The notes below the pieces were generated by a model. It worked only from the letters and a program-made list of their open reading frames with translations, searched no databases and had not been told where the DNA came from. Shown piece after piece: positions 62,836 to 64,000 of a stretch of DNA of 64,000 nucleotides (positions are counted from its first letter, which is position 1; every line of letters begins with the position of its first letter). The stretch lies in the NCBI RefSeq assembly GCF_947568905.1, contig NC_079170.1, positions 78,864,001-78,928,000 on the forward strand. Direction: 5' to 3'. Both the position numbers and the translations under genes were made by a program. Source of the stretch: Ostrea edulis (lineage: Eukaryota).

Positions 62836-63552
62836 ATTTAAATAATTTTAAGACAACACAGTCCTCTGCTTCGTATTAAAATGCTTTATCAAACATAGAT
62901 GCTAACGGCAAACTAACAACTCAACTTTATGATAAACTGGATGACTTCATCTTCTCCATTATCAACTTCCATACTAATGTAACACTATTCCATTATCACC
63001 TGCATATAGTGATTATGTCTCTCAACTGAATCAATACACAAGAGCGTGTTCTGCGTATGATCAGTTTTTAAGTAGCGTCTGACAAGGAAGTTGACGTTAC
63101 AGTGGTTTCAACAGTCTTGTTTAAAGTCAACATTTTGGAAATTTTATGCTCGTAATTGGGATCGGGTTGCAATTGCCAATACAAACTCCTAGTGGATCAA
63201 ATGCTATATGACATCTTTCATACTAATTCTTGAGCCTTTCGTTACACTCTGATTTTGATTGCTATTACTTGGTTTACCTGATTGGCATATAGGTATCACG
63301 AATGGAGTGACTGGTTGACAGGGCATGCTTATTCCACCTAGGCATCTGATCGCACATCTGGTATGTCCATGGGCCGTGTTTTACCAACTTCTTAATTTTG
63401 TATTATTTGTATGATTTATGGTGCATCAAAATTGGTACCGTATAAGATTTACATTGATTACTGTTCTATATCGTCACCTTTTCATACTCTACTTGATTAT
63501 AATATTTAAAAAATACAGAGATAAAAACATACGAGGGATGTTCAATATGTAC

Positions 63553-63689
63553 ATGCAAGGTGAAGATAACGAACAGTGATCAATCTCATAACTCCTACAA
63601 GCAATACAAAATAGATAGTTGGGTAAACACGGACCCCTGGACACACCAGAAGTGGGATCAGGTGCCTAGGAGGAGTAAGCATCCCCTGT
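63553..63689 (-). mobile_element. Naiad-type PLE 3' tail, inverted, tail-to-tail with the 61.5-63.5 kb copy
   Basis: Near-exact reverse complement of the tail at 40830-40966. Other solo tails lie at 20270-20362 and 43700-43880. Confidence 0.8.
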
Positions 63690-64000
63690 TGTACATGTAA
63701 TGTGTATTGTACCACAGCACGATAACGCTTTGCACGATTTCGTGGATGATGATACTCTTGAATAGCTCTATTCCAACTTTCCAACGGTATAAACACGAGC
63801 TTTCAACTCTATAGGTTTAACGTAGTCATTTCAATAGATCCAGTCGTTGACCACTGTTGTAAAAATAGTTGGGAAACGGGTTGACAATACTGAAGAAATT
63901 AGAGCTTATATAAAGTTCGCACAATACTCGGTCATTCGGTAGTGCAGATTTTTACTGAAGGGGGGAGGGTAGATTATGGGTCTGATAAGGTATTTTATGA

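Larger units (their letters stand above)
61500..63485 (+). mobile_element. Decayed Naiad-type PLE RT interrupted by two SINEs
   Basis: Degenerate RT motifs include YDFSTLY, QQSFGIPMGTNC and FRYIDD, and the 3' tail matches 40745-40966. There are many stops and frameshifts, and the start coordinate is approximate. Confidence 0.8.

Overview
AT-rich, repeat-dense eukaryotic DNA that looks like an oyster (Ostreidae) genome, based on 166-bp Cg170-like satellite units inside Helentron-type elements and bivalve-type SINEs. Five intron-containing genes can be built by hand with GT-AG junctions and in-frame totals. These are two convergent sigma-class glutathione S-transferases (10039-12665 +, 19726-24307 -), a secreted short-chain-collagen-C4-like protein with no collagen helix (32998-37093 -), and two tandem, very Cys-rich caveolins (49973-50981 -, 55325-56376 -). 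A third, orphan copy of the caveolin promoter/leader sits near 59.5-59.7 kb. The rest is mostly transposon-derived: Naiad-like Penelope RT fragments and about 8 of their 3' tails, an ISL2EU-like relic (DDE transposase plus YqaJ nuclease), LINE and hAT relics, two SINE families sharing a body but with different heads, MULE-type MITEs with TSDs, a foldback MITE and several near-perfect palindromes. Most ORFs in the supplied track are spurious or partial exons. No rRNA, real tRNA or CRISPR was seen. All alignments and family assignments were made by eye and from memory, not by database search.
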